A DNA stretch of 64,000 nucleotides from Candidatus Woesearchaeota archaeon (GTDB lineage: Archaea; Nanobdellota; Nanobdellia; Woesearchaeales; DSVV01). The stretch's first letter is position 1. Each line of letters starts with the position of its first letter. Location of the stretch: NCBI GenBank assembly GCA_018661705.1, contig JABJHR010000010.1:66911-130910 (forward strand), read 5' to 3'. The notes under the pieces are model-generated. The model did no database searches. It saw nothing but the letters and a program-made list of their open reading frames with translations, and had not been told where the DNA came from. Positions 55,917-64,000 of the stretch are shown here, piece by piece. The position numbers were made by a program, and so were the translations under genes.

Positions 55917-57866
55917 ATGAAAAAAACAATACTTGTTTTAATAATGGTCTTCTTAGTGAGCATTTCTATGGTTTTTGCTACCGATTGTGTATGGAAGAAG
56001 GTCATGGAGAGCTCTACTGAGTACAAAGGTCTTTTTGAAAATAAAGGCGACGTTTATGTTGCAGAAGCTGGAAAAATTCATTTTTCTGAAGATTATGCAA
56101 CTACATTTGAAGAATATGGTGAAAAAGAAACTTCTACATTTATAGATTTAGAATTAGATGGTAATGATTTAATTGCTGTATCCACAAAAGCAGCGTATTT
56201 AGTAGAGGATGATGGAAAGGAGAAAAAGTTTACAAAGTTTTTTGAAACTGATCCAATGGATAAATTTAGTTTGTTCGTAGCAATTGGTTCTGATTTTTAT
56301 GGTACTGATGGAAGTGAAAAAATAATTTTTAAAGACGGTACAGATAATGAAGACCAAATTGGAGAAGAAACAGCAGCTCTTACTGGTGTTTCTGATATTT
56401 CAGAGATGGTTAATATTGACAAACAATTATGGGTTGTTCCCAAAGCAGATTCAAAGTTACATTATTCCAAAAACCCATTAGACGTTTGGTATACAACTGC
56501 AAACATGGGAAGTATTCAAGACCTAGGGAATGTTAATTCAATTGGTGATAATGTCTATATTACTGGTAGAAAGAAAGGTGAAGATCTTAAAATTAAATTT
56601 ACAGTAACAGATAGTTCTTCATGGAGTGATTATCCTGCACAAATAATTGGTGTTGAAGAATTTAATGCATTATTAATGTTTGAATCTACCAACCCATTTG
56701 CTTTAGTTAAGTTAAATGATGGTTCTGTTAAAATCTATAAACAATATTCTAACACAGAATGGAAAGAATATGGGACTGGATTAGGAGCAGAAATTGTTGG
56801 TGGTGTTAGTTTAATTAAAATGAGTAATGATAAATTACTTCTTTTGGCGAATACAACCGGAGATAAAAATGCATTGTTAAGATGTGAACCAAATAGTAAA
56901 CCTGTTGCTAAAGCGGGCTTAGATCAAAAAGTTTTTGTTGGTGAAACAGTTAAATTGGATGGTACAAAATCATTTGATTCTGACGGTGACAAAATGAGTT
57001 ATGATTGGCAACAACCAGCTGTTGATAAAGTAATGTTAACTGGTGGTACGACTTCATCTCCTGAATTTTTAGCTTCTACTGCTGGAAAATATTTATTTAA
57101 TCTTTTTGTTCAAGATGAGTTTGGTGGAGCATCCTCTCCCGATACTGTTGTTGTTGACGTCATAAAGGGAACAGAATATTATTTAGGGTTAGAATCTGAA
57201 ACCGATCATTTTTCTTGGGTAGAGGGTAATGATTACAAGTTAGGTAGTGTTTTCTTTGATGGAAGCAAACAAAATGATTATTACTTAGCATTTAAATTTT
57301 ATCCAGGAGTTGGTAATGTAGTTAACACACCACTTCCTTTTGCAACAGCAACTTCTACAAGTATTTTCACAAATAAACCTGTGCAGAAAGTTATATTCAA
57401 TGACGTTAATAGTATTAAAATTGCGTCCGTCTACCTTAAGTCTAGTGCAAATTTAGAAGCAAAAGGTGATGATGTAACTTTAAAGATTAGAAAAGGAAGT
57501 ATTGGTGGTGAAGTAATTGCAGAATCTACACAATTTGTTTCAAAGAAAACTTATCCAGAGTGGGTAGAGTTTGTTTTTGCAGGAGCTGGTGATAATGTTG
57601 ATGTTAGCGACGAAGCAGATACAAGCGACGACGTTGATACTGAAGAAACAGAAACAGAAGAAGATACAACAACTACTGACACAACTAAATCTAGCGACGA
57701 CAAAGAAGTAACAACTGATGCAGACGAAACAAAAGATGATGAAACAAAAACAACAAATGCAATGTTTGGATTATCCAAATGGATGGCTGCTGGTATTGTT
57801 GGAGTTGTTTTATTAATAATAATTGCAGTTGTTGTTTTAATATTTCTTTTGGCAAGAAAGAAGTAG
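55917..57866 (+). CDS. cell-surface protein with PKD domain, acidic Thr/Asp-rich stalk and C-terminal TM anchor plus basic tail (possible archaeosortase-type substrate)
   Basis: Signal peptide; PKD motif KPVAKAGLDQKVFVGETVKLDGTKSFDSDGDKMSYDWQ; C-terminal ...MAAGIVGVVLLIIIAVVVLIFLLARKK. Confidence 0.55.
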   Translation: MKKTILVLIMVFLVSISMVFATDCVWKKVMESSTEYKGLFENKGDVYVAEAGKIHFSEDYATTFEEYGEKETSTFIDLELDGNDLIAVSTKAAYLVEDDGKEKKFTKFFETDPMDKFSLFVAIGSDFYGTDGSEKIIFKDGTDNEDQIGEETAALTGVSDISEMVNIDKQLWVVPKADSKLHYSKNPLDVWYTTANMGSIQDLGNVNSIGDNVYITGRKKGEDLKIKFTVTDSSSWSDYPAQIIGVEEFNALLMFESTNPFALVKLNDGSVKIYKQYSNTEWKEYGTGLGAEIVGGVSLIKMSNDKLLLLANTTGDKNALLRCEPNSKPVAKAGLDQKVFVGETVKLDGTKSFDSDGDKMSYDWQQPAVDKVMLTGGTTSSPEFLASTAGKYLFNLFVQDEFGGASSPDTVVVDVIKGTEYYLGLESETDHFSWVEGNDYKLGSVFFDGSKQNDYYLAFKFYPGVGNVVNTPLPFATATSTSIFTNKPVQKVIFNDVNSIKIASVYLKSSANLEAKGDDVTLKIRKGSIGGEVIAESTQFVSKKTYPEWVEFVFAGAGDNVDVSDEADTSDDVDTEETETEEDTTTTDTTKSSDDKEVTTDADETKDDETKTTNAMFGLSKWMAAGIVGVVLLIIIAVVVLIFLLARKK

Positions 57867-57918
57867 TTTTTTTAATTTTTTATTTCTTTTAATTTAACTT
57901 GTTAAAAAACAAAAATTT

Positions 57919-58060
57919 GTGAGTGACATGTCCTTCGGACCTAGTGTTGTAGAGATTAATTATTTTCTTTTATGATACAAAAATAACAACAATGGCCAGG
58001 CGAGGTTAAACCGAGTAGTATTTTTTCGACAGAATGGAGAAAAAATGCGTCTGTGCCATT
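57919..58060. repeat. A 3'-half (reverse) followed by a B copy (B6, 57980-58060, forward)
   Basis: gtgagtgacatgtccttcggacctagtgttgtag ... AACAACAATGGCCAGGCGAGGTTAAACCGAGTAGTATTTTTTC-GACAGAATGGA-GAAAAAATGCGTCTGTGCCATTACTTGGTGTT. Confidence 0.65.
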
Positions 58061-58196
58061 ACTTGGTGTTAATCAAGCTTAATAATTCCTGACTTTAGTC
58101 GGAATTATTTTTGTTGTTGTTATTTCGTTATTATATTAATTATTAATAGAATTTTCAAACCAACTTATTACTTAAAACTTAGAACTAACAACTTCA

Positions 58197-58802
58197 CTAC
58201 AACCTATGGCCCATTCGTGCTTTCTTTGTTCCTAGATATTTTTCATTGTGTTTGTTTGGTTCAATTTTAATTGGTGTCATTACTGCATGGATTCCTTTTT
58301 CTTGTAATGGTTTTACTTTTTTTAGATTGTTTGTTAACAATCTTAGAGAACCAACTTTGAAATAGTCTTTTAATATTATTGCGCAGGCTTCATAATCTCT
58401 TAAATCTGGAACAAAACCAAGCTCCATGTTAGCTTCTACTGTGTCATAGCCTTTTTCTTGTAATTTATAGGCCTTTGTTTTGTTTTTCAGGCCTATTCCT
58501 CTACCTTCTTGCCCTAGATAAAACAATAATCCATGCCCTTCTTGAGCAATTAACTGCTTTGCTTTAGCTAATTGTTCTCCACAATCACACTTTTTGCTAT
58601 CAAATAGGTCTCCAAACATGCATTCGCTATGTATTCTGCACATAACATTTTCTTGTCTAAACACTTCTCCTTTTGCAAGAACAGAAATATATTCATTAAA
58701 CCGCTTAAATAGGAAGAATTTGGTATCATCCCCTACTTGTGTGGGCAGATTAACTACTTCAACTAACTCTACATCTTCCTTGTCAAAGTGTTCTTTAACC
58801 AT
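58197..58802 (-). CDS. ribA: GTP cyclohydrolase II (RibA-type)
   Basis: CRIHSECMFGD, CDCGEQL zinc motif, YLGQEGRGIGLKNKTKAYKLQEKGYDTVEAN. Confidence 0.75.
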   Translation of the reverse strand: MVKEHFDKEDVELVEVVNLPTQVGDDTKFFLFKRFNEYISVLAKGEVFRQENVMCRIHSECMFGDLFDSKKCDCGEQLAKAKQLIAQEGHGLLFYLGQEGRGIGLKNKTKAYKLQEKGYDTVEANMELGFVPDLRDYEACAIILKDYFKVGSLRLLTNNLKKVKPLQEKGIHAVMTPIKIEPNKHNEKYLGTKKARMGHRL

Positions 58803-58882
58803 GGAAAATAGGAAGTGGTTATTGTTTTTAAATGTTATTGATTTAAGTTATGTGTTTTTTAGTTAATATTGATGAGAAAGCA

Positions 58883-59926
58883 TCACTTAGTAAAAAAACT
58901 CTTAATTTTGTCTAAAAAACTATTATTTTTACCATGTGTTATTTCTTGTTCTATTTCAATTTCTTTTTCTTTGTGTTTTACTTTAGTTGACATTTTTTTT
59001 TCTGATTGAATCTCTTTTATATGTTTAATAATATCATTTGTTGACCAATTCTTAACACAATCTTGAATTCTTCTCATTCCAGAAGCATAATAAGCAGAAA
59101 ATGCATCGTTTATTCTTCCTGATTCTAATAGGTTATCAGCAATAACTAATATTTCTTTTTTTTTATAATCTTCTTGAAGTTTTTGAAACCCAAATTTTTC
59201 ACCAATCAATATCATTTTTTTTATTTCTTTGTTTTTTATAAACTTTAGTTCATCTTTTTTAGTAGTTGGATTAGTGATAATTCCTATTTTCTTTCCTACT
59301 TTTTGTAGTTTATCAAATTTTTCTATTAATTTCTTATTTTCATCTTTATTTAAAATGTATTCTGTAGTCTGTACTGTTTTTTCTTTTACCCTTGGTTGAT
59401 TAATTATTGTTTCTCGTAGTGTTATTGGTTCATTTATTTTTTGTTTGTTTAGGATACATAATCCTTCATTTAGAAAATCTCTTTTTTCTTCTAATGTTAA
59501 GTAATCATTGTTTAAACCACGGATTATTAAGTCAATTGTTTTATTTAAAACATTTTTATAATCATGATGGTGAAGTGGTATTTTTTTCAGTGCCCAATAA
59601 TAAAGCATTAGAGCTTCTTTTTCTTTCTTTTCCTTTAATCTCTTCTCTGCAACTTTAACTTGTGTTTCATAAGGTTCCTCTCTTGATGTTACAGCAGGTA
59701 ATTTTTCCCACCCATCCATTGTTCTTAAGAAAGATGACTCATAATCAACATACCCACATTTTGGGCAACTATCTACCCATGAATTATGTGTCTCTTTTAG
59801 ACTAGAAAGTTTGTGGAATGGTTTTTCTGGCTCTTTTATTATTATACCCATACATCCACTCAAAAAACCTTTTCTTCTAGCCTCATTTTCCTGAGAAATC
59901 ATTACATTACATTTTGGACAAATCAT
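58883..59926 (-). CDS. hypothetical protein with N-terminal zinc-ribbon motifs
   Basis: MICPKCNV... and ...CPKCGY pairs of CxxC; 347 aa. Confidence 0.4.
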   Translation of the reverse strand: MICPKCNVMISQENEARRKGFLSGCMGIIIKEPEKPFHKLSSLKETHNSWVDSCPKCGYVDYESSFLRTMDGWEKLPAVTSREEPYETQVKVAEKRLKEKKEKEALMLYYWALKKIPLHHHDYKNVLNKTIDLIIRGLNNDYLTLEEKRDFLNEGLCILNKQKINEPITLRETIINQPRVKEKTVQTTEYILNKDENKKLIEKFDKLQKVGKKIGIITNPTTKKDELKFIKNKEIKKMILIGEKFGFQKLQEDYKKKEILVIADNLLESGRINDAFSAYYASGMRRIQDCVKNWSTNDIIKHIKEIQSEKKMSTKVKHKEKEIEIEQEITHGKNNSFLDKIKSFFTK

Positions 59927-60303
59927 ACTTATAGAATAGTTCTGCTATATATAAATATTTCCTCTTTTTGTTAGACTTTTTTCTTGTTTAATGTTTTGGG
60001 GAAAATAAATTAATTTTCCGTAATATTTCCTAGTTCTCGAGGAGAAATTAACTTTTTTTCGGGAAAATAACTTTGTTTTCCTCACTCTATAATAGCCTCA
60101 CAGAAACAGAAAGCTTTATATACCTCCTCTTTCAGTGAAATACTTGAGTGGGTAAAGTATTATTGGGAATATTATGTGTAATATAATTCATAATACTATT
60201 TTCGTCGGGCCATCATCCTAATCTCTAAAGTTCGATACTCCCCGGATTAGGATGTTTGGTGTTTTGGGGGTGTCATAGACAATTTATGTGTGTGTGGCAT
60301 TTA

Positions 60304-61167
60304 ATGAGTGGAAATCAAAAAGAGGTTCAATTAAAAGAAGTGTTTAGGGGTAAACATTTCACAGAAAAAGACATTTCTAGAGTTCTCAATCTTTCACAAT
60401 CTAATGCACATTATTTCCGTCATAAACTTCTAAAACAACAGAAAATTGCTAGGATAGCTAGAGGAAAGTATAAATTTACTAGTTCTGAACAAGAATTTAA
60501 GCACGACTCACTTACTCAATACATACAAAAATCATTATCTATTCTAAACAAAAAGTTTGTAATTACAGGAAGCTCTTTCTTTAATAGGTTTTATCCACTC
60601 TCAAACCACATTGTTATTTATGTAGAAAAAGGTTCTGCACAACTATTTCTTGGTTACTTAGCCTCACTCCAGTTAAACTTTGTTGCTTTAGCAGAGCCAA
60701 AAGCAGAAGAGATTGAATTGTTAAGAACACACGCACAAAAACGAAATTTTATAATAATCAGGGAGAAAAACTATTTCTATGGCTCAACAGAAGGAATTGC
60801 TTCTTTAGAAACAGCATTTGTTGATTATTATTTTGAAATTACTAGAAAATTATTACCAATTGAAAATAAGGTAGAAGATGTTCTTGATCATTTACTCGCT
60901 AACCACACATTAAACATTTCCACTCTTCTTAGGTATGCAAAAGAAAGAGGAATTAGAACTGAAATTAAAAATCTGCTAGAAGATGTAAAAATGTTACATT
61001 ATACAAAGCAAGAAAAAGATAAAACGACTAGTGATAGTACTTCTTTAGTTTCTGATAACAAACAAAATACAGATTCTGATTTTGATCCAGAACAACATAA
61101 TTTCCCGGACAAAAAACCAAAATCATTCAGACTAATCAAAATTAATGATGGTGATAATCATGAATAA
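60304..61167 (+). CDS. hypothetical protein
   Basis: Start taken at the first ATG (MSGNQKEV...); the track ORF starts with TTG. Confidence 0.4.
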   Translation: MSGNQKEVQLKEVFRGKHFTEKDISRVLNLSQSNAHYFRHKLLKQQKIARIARGKYKFTSSEQEFKHDSLTQYIQKSLSILNKKFVITGSSFFNRFYPLSNHIVIYVEKGSAQLFLGYLASLQLNFVALAEPKAEEIELLRTHAQKRNFIIIREKNYFYGSTEGIASLETAFVDYYFEITRKLLPIENKVEDVLDHLLANHTLNISTLLRYAKERGIRTEIKNLLEDVKMLHYTKQEKDKTTSDSTSLVSDNKQNTDSDFDPEQHNFPDKKPKSFRLIKINDGDNHE

Positions 61168-62236
61168 AAATAAACACGCACAACTTTCCTTATTTGTATT
61201 ATTAGGAGTAATTGCTTTGGTCTTATTAGGTGTTTCAGTTTATTTTATTACAAAACCAGCAGCAGTTGTTGAAGAAGATAAACCTGTAACAATTAAAACA
61301 TTTGTTGAAAGATGTTTACAAGATACAACTTTGGGTGGGGCATCTTTAATTGCAGTTCAAGGCGGAGTAATTTATGATGTAGATGAAATGCTTGATACAG
61401 CTGCAATTGATATTGAAAACAAAGTTGCTTATGGTTATTATAATGATAAGAATTTAGTTGTAACAAGAGAAATAATGCAAGACGAGATGAGTGATTATAT
61501 TGAAAATGCATTACCTAGTTGTATTAATAACTTTGAACAATTTGTTGGAACAACTGTTGAACATGGGGAAATTACAGCAGAAACAACAATTACTATAAAT
61601 AAAATAATTGTTACTATTAATTATCCAATTAAATATGATCAAGGAGCATCAGAAGAAACAATTGATCAATTTAATGCTGAGCTTGATTTAAGATTAGGTT
61701 ATATACGAGAGATAATAAATGAAGCAGTTGAAGCACAAATAGATGATCCGTTCTTTATTGATTATACAATGTTAGGACAGATGGCACAAGGATTGCATGA
61801 GTTTAAACATTCTGATGTTGTAATAGGTGGACAACAACCAATCTCAGATAGTATTGATATTATTCCTGTAGATGAACAAAATTATTTGTTAGCAATAAAT
61901 GATTCTGGATTATTATTCTTATCAGCGTTTGAAATCAAACAAAATAATGCTCCTTTGATGGAAATCCTTGAACAATTTGTGGTTACAGAAGGTGAAGAGT
62001 TTATTTTCACAGTAGAGGTTGAAGATGATGATTCTGAAATTGAGTTTAGTGATGATTCAGGAATGTTTGACATCTCTGCAAATGGATTAATTAGATTTAC
62101 ACCAGAAATTCCGGGAGAGTATGAAGTTATAATCACAGCAACAGATCCTCATGGTAATTATGATTCAAGATTAGTTAATTTTGTTGTCGAAGAAAAGCAA
62201 ATTGGAGTAACAAATGATGAGGTGGTGCTTGAATAA
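61160..62236 (+). CDS. membrane-anchored extracellular protein with C-terminal Ig/PKD-like region
   Basis: GGTGA ribosome-binding site, then MNKNKHAQLSLFVLLGVIALVLLGVSVYFI (signal anchor); ...ITATDPHGNYDSRLVNFVV. Confidence 0.45.
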   Translation: MNKNKHAQLSLFVLLGVIALVLLGVSVYFITKPAAVVEEDKPVTIKTFVERCLQDTTLGGASLIAVQGGVIYDVDEMLDTAAIDIENKVAYGYYNDKNLVVTREIMQDEMSDYIENALPSCINNFEQFVGTTVEHGEITAETTITINKIIVTINYPIKYDQGASEETIDQFNAELDLRLGYIREIINEAVEAQIDDPFFIDYTMLGQMAQGLHEFKHSDVVIGGQQPISDSIDIIPVDEQNYLLAINDSGLLFLSAFEIKQNNAPLMEILEQFVVTEGEEFIFTVEVEDDDSEIEFSDDSGMFDISANGLIRFTPEIPGEYEVIITATDPHGNYDSRLVNFVVEEKQIGVTNDEVVLE

Positions 62237-62260
62237 AATTAGAGATTAAGATCTAAAGCA

Positions 62261-62340
62261 AAAAATAATAACATTGGTGCTGGTGGGGGTGGGTTGGCTC
62301 CGTCGGAGTACCCGCCAGCTGCCGTTGTTGTTATTATTTT
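62261..62340 (+). repeat. Repeat family C copy (C3)
   Basis: AATAACATTGGTGCTGGTGGGGGTGGGTTGGCTCCGTCGGAGTACCCGCCAGCTGCCGTTGTTGTTATT. Closing stem AATAACA/TGTTATT, stem GCTGGTGGG/CCCGCCAGC, inner CUCC-GUCG-GGAG. Confidence 0.6.
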
Positions 62341-62368
62341 TTGCATCTACAAGAACACATAAAAAAAC

Positions 62369-64000
62369 ATGGTAAGAAAAACTAGCAATTGGATGGAGAA
62401 AGCAAAGAAGGTTTTTGCTATTTTGTCAATCTATTTAATGATAGGTATGGTTTTTGCTAGTTCTGTGCTTAGTGCACCACCAGTAACTCCTGAAGATTAT
62501 CCAAGCCAAGAAACAAAACCAACAGAGTTTTGGAAAGCTGTGAAAGCAGGTGGAGAATGGCAGTATGTAGATTGGACAAAATCAAGTCTGAAGGATCCAA
62601 ATTACTGGGTAGAAAATGATATTGATCAAAGTAAAATCCCTCCAGAGTATATTGATAAGATCCCTCCAGAAGTTGTTGATGTAAACAAAGTAATGGATAA
62701 AAGTAAATTAACATCCGATCAACTAGCTTACAGCGAGGATGGAACACCTAATGTAGAAAAAATACCTGATTTAGGAGTATTAGATCAAAAAGAACTATCA
62801 GGTGCAATAAACAAGGCATATGGTACTGAATTAAAGATATTTGTATTACCTGGATCAACTATTAAGAATGGTGTATTAAGAGGGCCTGGACAACCTGGTA
62901 ATTCAAACATGCCTGGTGTTGATTGGAGATTTACAATTGATTTAAAGGATGAAAAAGTAAAGAACGGCTTAAAAGGTGCATTAATCAGTGGGGTTGATTA
63001 TAATGACCAAGGAAAACAATATTCTGGATTCATAGTTTGTGTTAATGATGGGACTTGTACTCAGTTTACTGGCCATGTTAAGGAAATTGCAATTACTCCT
63101 GATGGTGATTTTGTTATAACACCAAAAGGAGAAGGAGAACCACTTGTTATTGGTAAAGGTGGAAATTCTCATTATGTTGTAACTGCTGATGGGCTTATTA
63201 AAGTAGAGTTTGGAGAAAAAACAGACTTTTCATTTAAAGGAGTAAGTTTTGTTGCAGAAGGTACAGATACAACATCTGTTATTTACAATGAGAATGAGAT
63301 GAGAATTTCAGGACCTGTTACTTTTGAAAGTTATTTAGTTAGTGGTTATAATAATGAAGGTGTTTCTTCATTTAAGTTTAAACCAGAAACAGCTGAACTT
63401 GTATCTGTTAAAGTTTCAAATGGTGAACTTACATTTAATGATCCTGATAGAAATGGTGATAGTAGATTTGTAGGTGGGTTTGAAATAAATATTGATGAAA
63501 ATCATATAACTGATTATACACTATTATCTGAAGGAAGTTATTCACACTTAGAAGAATATGGATTAAAGAGATTTACATTAAATGATAATGGTCCACATAA
63601 AGTTAAACTATACTATAAAGATGGTGAAGAAGTATTAACAATAAGAGTAATACTTGCAAAACAAAATATTTTACAAGATAAGTTTAATAATCTTGCTCAA
63701 CATGTGAAAGATGAGAGAGAAAGATTAGAAGAAGTAATGGGGAAATGTAAAGATGATCCTTGTAGAGAAGATATTACTAAGCAATTAGATACATTAGAAG
63801 CAGACTTAAAAACACAATGGGAAGAAGAAATAGTTAGATTAAATCAAGAAGTAGAATATTTCAGAAAAGTACATGATCCTGAAGTTGGTAAAGAACAAAG
63901 AGATGCACTTATTGCAAAAGAAATTGCTGACGAGAAAGCTGATTATGAAAAGAAATTAAAGAAAGCTAAAAGAGCAAAAGACGAAGACAGAATAAAACAA
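62369..64000 (+). CDS. large secreted protein (N-terminal signal peptide), 3' end lies outside the window
   Basis: ATG at 62369, MVRKTSNWMEKAKKVFAILSIYLMIGMVFASSVLSAPP...; frame stays open to the window end; the C-terminal part is coiled-coil K/E-rich. Confidence 0.5.
   Translation, partial: MVRKTSNWMEKAKKVFAILSIYLMIGMVFASSVLSAPPVTPEDYPSQETKPTEFWKAVKAGGEWQYVDWTKSSLKDPNYWVENDIDQSKIPPEYIDKIPPEVVDVNKVMDKSKLTSDQLAYSEDGTPNVEKIPDLGVLDQKELSGAINKAYGTELKIFVLPGSTIKNGVLRGPGQPGNSNMPGVDWRFTIDLKDEKVKNGLKGALISGVDYNDQGKQYSGFIVCVNDGTCTQFTGHVKEIAITPDGDFVITPKGEGEPLVIGKGGNSHYVVTADGLIKVEFGEKTDFSFKGVSFVAEGTDTTSVIYNENEMRISGPVTFESYLVSGYNNEGVSSFKFKPETAELVSVKVSNGELTFNDPDRNGDSRFVGGFEINIDENHITDYTLLSEGSYSHLEEYGLKRFTLNDNGPHKVKLYYKDGEEVLTIRVILAKQNILQDKFNNLAQHVKDERERLEEVMGKCKDDPCREDITKQLDTLEADLKTQWEEEIVRLNQEVEYFRKVHDPEVGKEQRDALIAKEIADEKADYEKKLKKAKRAKDEDRIKQ

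Noticed and set aside
12936-58060. B elements as tRNA, C/D-box or H/ACA sRNA genes
   Set aside because: No cloverleaf can be drawn. Only copy B1 has a CUGAUGA-like C box and none has a clean CUGA D box in the right place. No ACA tail follows the hairpin. Left as an unclassified structured repeat.
1-64000. CRISPR arrays, rRNA genes, transposases/integrases
   Set aside because: No regularly spaced direct repeats, no rRNA-like segments, and no ORF with DDE/tyrosine-recombinase motifs were seen. The repeat families found are interspersed, not arrayed.

Overview
AT-rich (about 30% GC) archaeal chromosomal segment; the gene content and the intron-split tRNAs suggest a DPANN-like or similarly reduced archaeon. 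It opens with the conserved ribosomal-protein cluster L1/P0/P1. On the opposite strand sits the classic archaeal operon S24e-S27ae-Spt4-RpoE'-PIN. The remainder is a housekeeping/accessory mix: MutS, a PolB-exo-like exonuclease, RsuA, FolC, a PfkB kinase, an M16 peptidase, RibA, a ZIP transporter, a PPP phosphatase and a HAD hydrolase. Many lipoproteins and secreted proteins and several uncharacterised paralog pairs are also present. The most striking content is non-coding. (i) At least three families of structured intergenic repeat elements (here A, B, C) occur as about 15 copies or fragments, often nested or juxtaposed; the B copies show compensatory base changes in an internal hairpin. (ii) Two tRNA genes, tRNA-Met(CAU) and tRNA-Ser(GGA), carry two or three introns each, including a non-canonical T-loop intron. 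(iii) A short palindromic motif (ACTC-N-GAGTAG) recurs 50-90 nt upstream of several genes, including all three genes of a paralog cluster. (iv) A 520-nt intergenic region carries a 30-bp near-perfect palindrome and nested long-range stems. No CRISPR array, rRNA gene or obvious transposase was seen. All calls rest on reading the translations and sequence by eye; no database searches were run.
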